A DNA stretch of 64,000 nucleotides, taken from positions 83,266,001 through 83,330,000 of the forward strand of contig CM052823.1 in NCBI GenBank assembly GCA_028534125.1, read 5' to 3'. The number at the start of each line of letters is the position of its first letter. Positions within the stretch are counted from its first letter, which is position 1. The stretch comes from Lama glama. Lineage: Eukaryota. Both the position numbers and the translations under genes were made by a program. Of this stretch, positions 63,397 through 64,000 are shown piece after piece. The notes beneath the pieces are model-generated. The model did not search any database and was not told where the DNA came from. It saw only the letters and a list, made by a program, of their open reading frames with translations.

Positions 63397-64000
63397 CAAC
63401 TGCTGAAATTCACTCTAGGATGGCTTTTCCCTAAAAATGTCTTTCAACATGTCTGTATGTTTCAACATATTCACAATAAAACAGAAATGAATTAGAAAAC
63501 AAAAACAAAACTAAGTGAGGGCTTCAAGAAGCCAGGAAGAAGGGAAGGCTGGCGTCCATCTTCACAATGTAGTTCTGGTATCACTAAGACCCAGCTCATC
63601 AGTATTGGCTGAAATCCAGGTCTCCTGGCGCCAGTGGAAAAGTTTGCCCCACACGCCGCACAGACAAATAATCTCAGCTCACATATGTAGCTCCCAGGAT
63701 GCGCCCACTACCAAACCCTCTGTAATATCCAGAGACGCAAAACACAAAGCACCCAAGAGCTAATTCGCCAGCAAGTTTTATGGGAAGGATCCACATGCTC
63801 TGCTGGGCCATCAAGGTCAGGCACCGCTGGATGTTAGGTGTGAAATAGAGGATCGCGAACATTCCTGCCATTGCTTTTACCAGGGTGTGTTTCAGAAACT
63901 CTGCAGAGGACCTGAGCCTGCTCACGTCTCAGCAAAATGTTTCTGCTATTTGCATATTTACCTGTTACAAGCAGTTGTCCTGAAAGTTGCTGATTCACGT

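Noticed and set aside
1-64000. CRISPR array, operon, defence island or other prokaryotic-type system
   Set aside because: The sequence is mammalian (MIR, L2, MER5, SINE, LTR content); there are no regularly spaced repeats or gene-dense ORFs

Overview
This is non-coding mammalian genomic DNA, not prokaryotic. A tRNA-Ala-derived SINE of the Vic-1 type at about 4698-4794 points to a camelid (camel, alpaca or llama) draft assembly, with seven N-gaps. I could not support any protein-coding exon, RNA gene, CRISPR array or CpG-island promoter. The six-frame ORFs are short, overlap repeats or gaps, and resemble no protein I recognise. The window holds many old MIR and L2 fragments, hAT-Charlie DNA transposons (MER5A- and MER58-like), L1M 3' fragments, one ERV1-class solo LTR (13646-14290) and several microsatellites. 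Between them lie repeat-free, AT-rich blocks dense in homeodomain, PBX-MEIS, TCF, SOX and GATA motifs that look like conserved non-coding enhancers. The layout suggests a large intron or regulatory desert; I cannot name a host gene. The most unusual sequence-level observation is a ~190-bp copy of an L2-derived segment inserted 1.9 kb from its donor and flanked by a ~20-bp direct repeat, with no poly(A) (30840-31069). I found no evidence of a novel multi-gene system. Repeat family names and boundaries were assigned by eye from remembered consensus sequences and are approximate.
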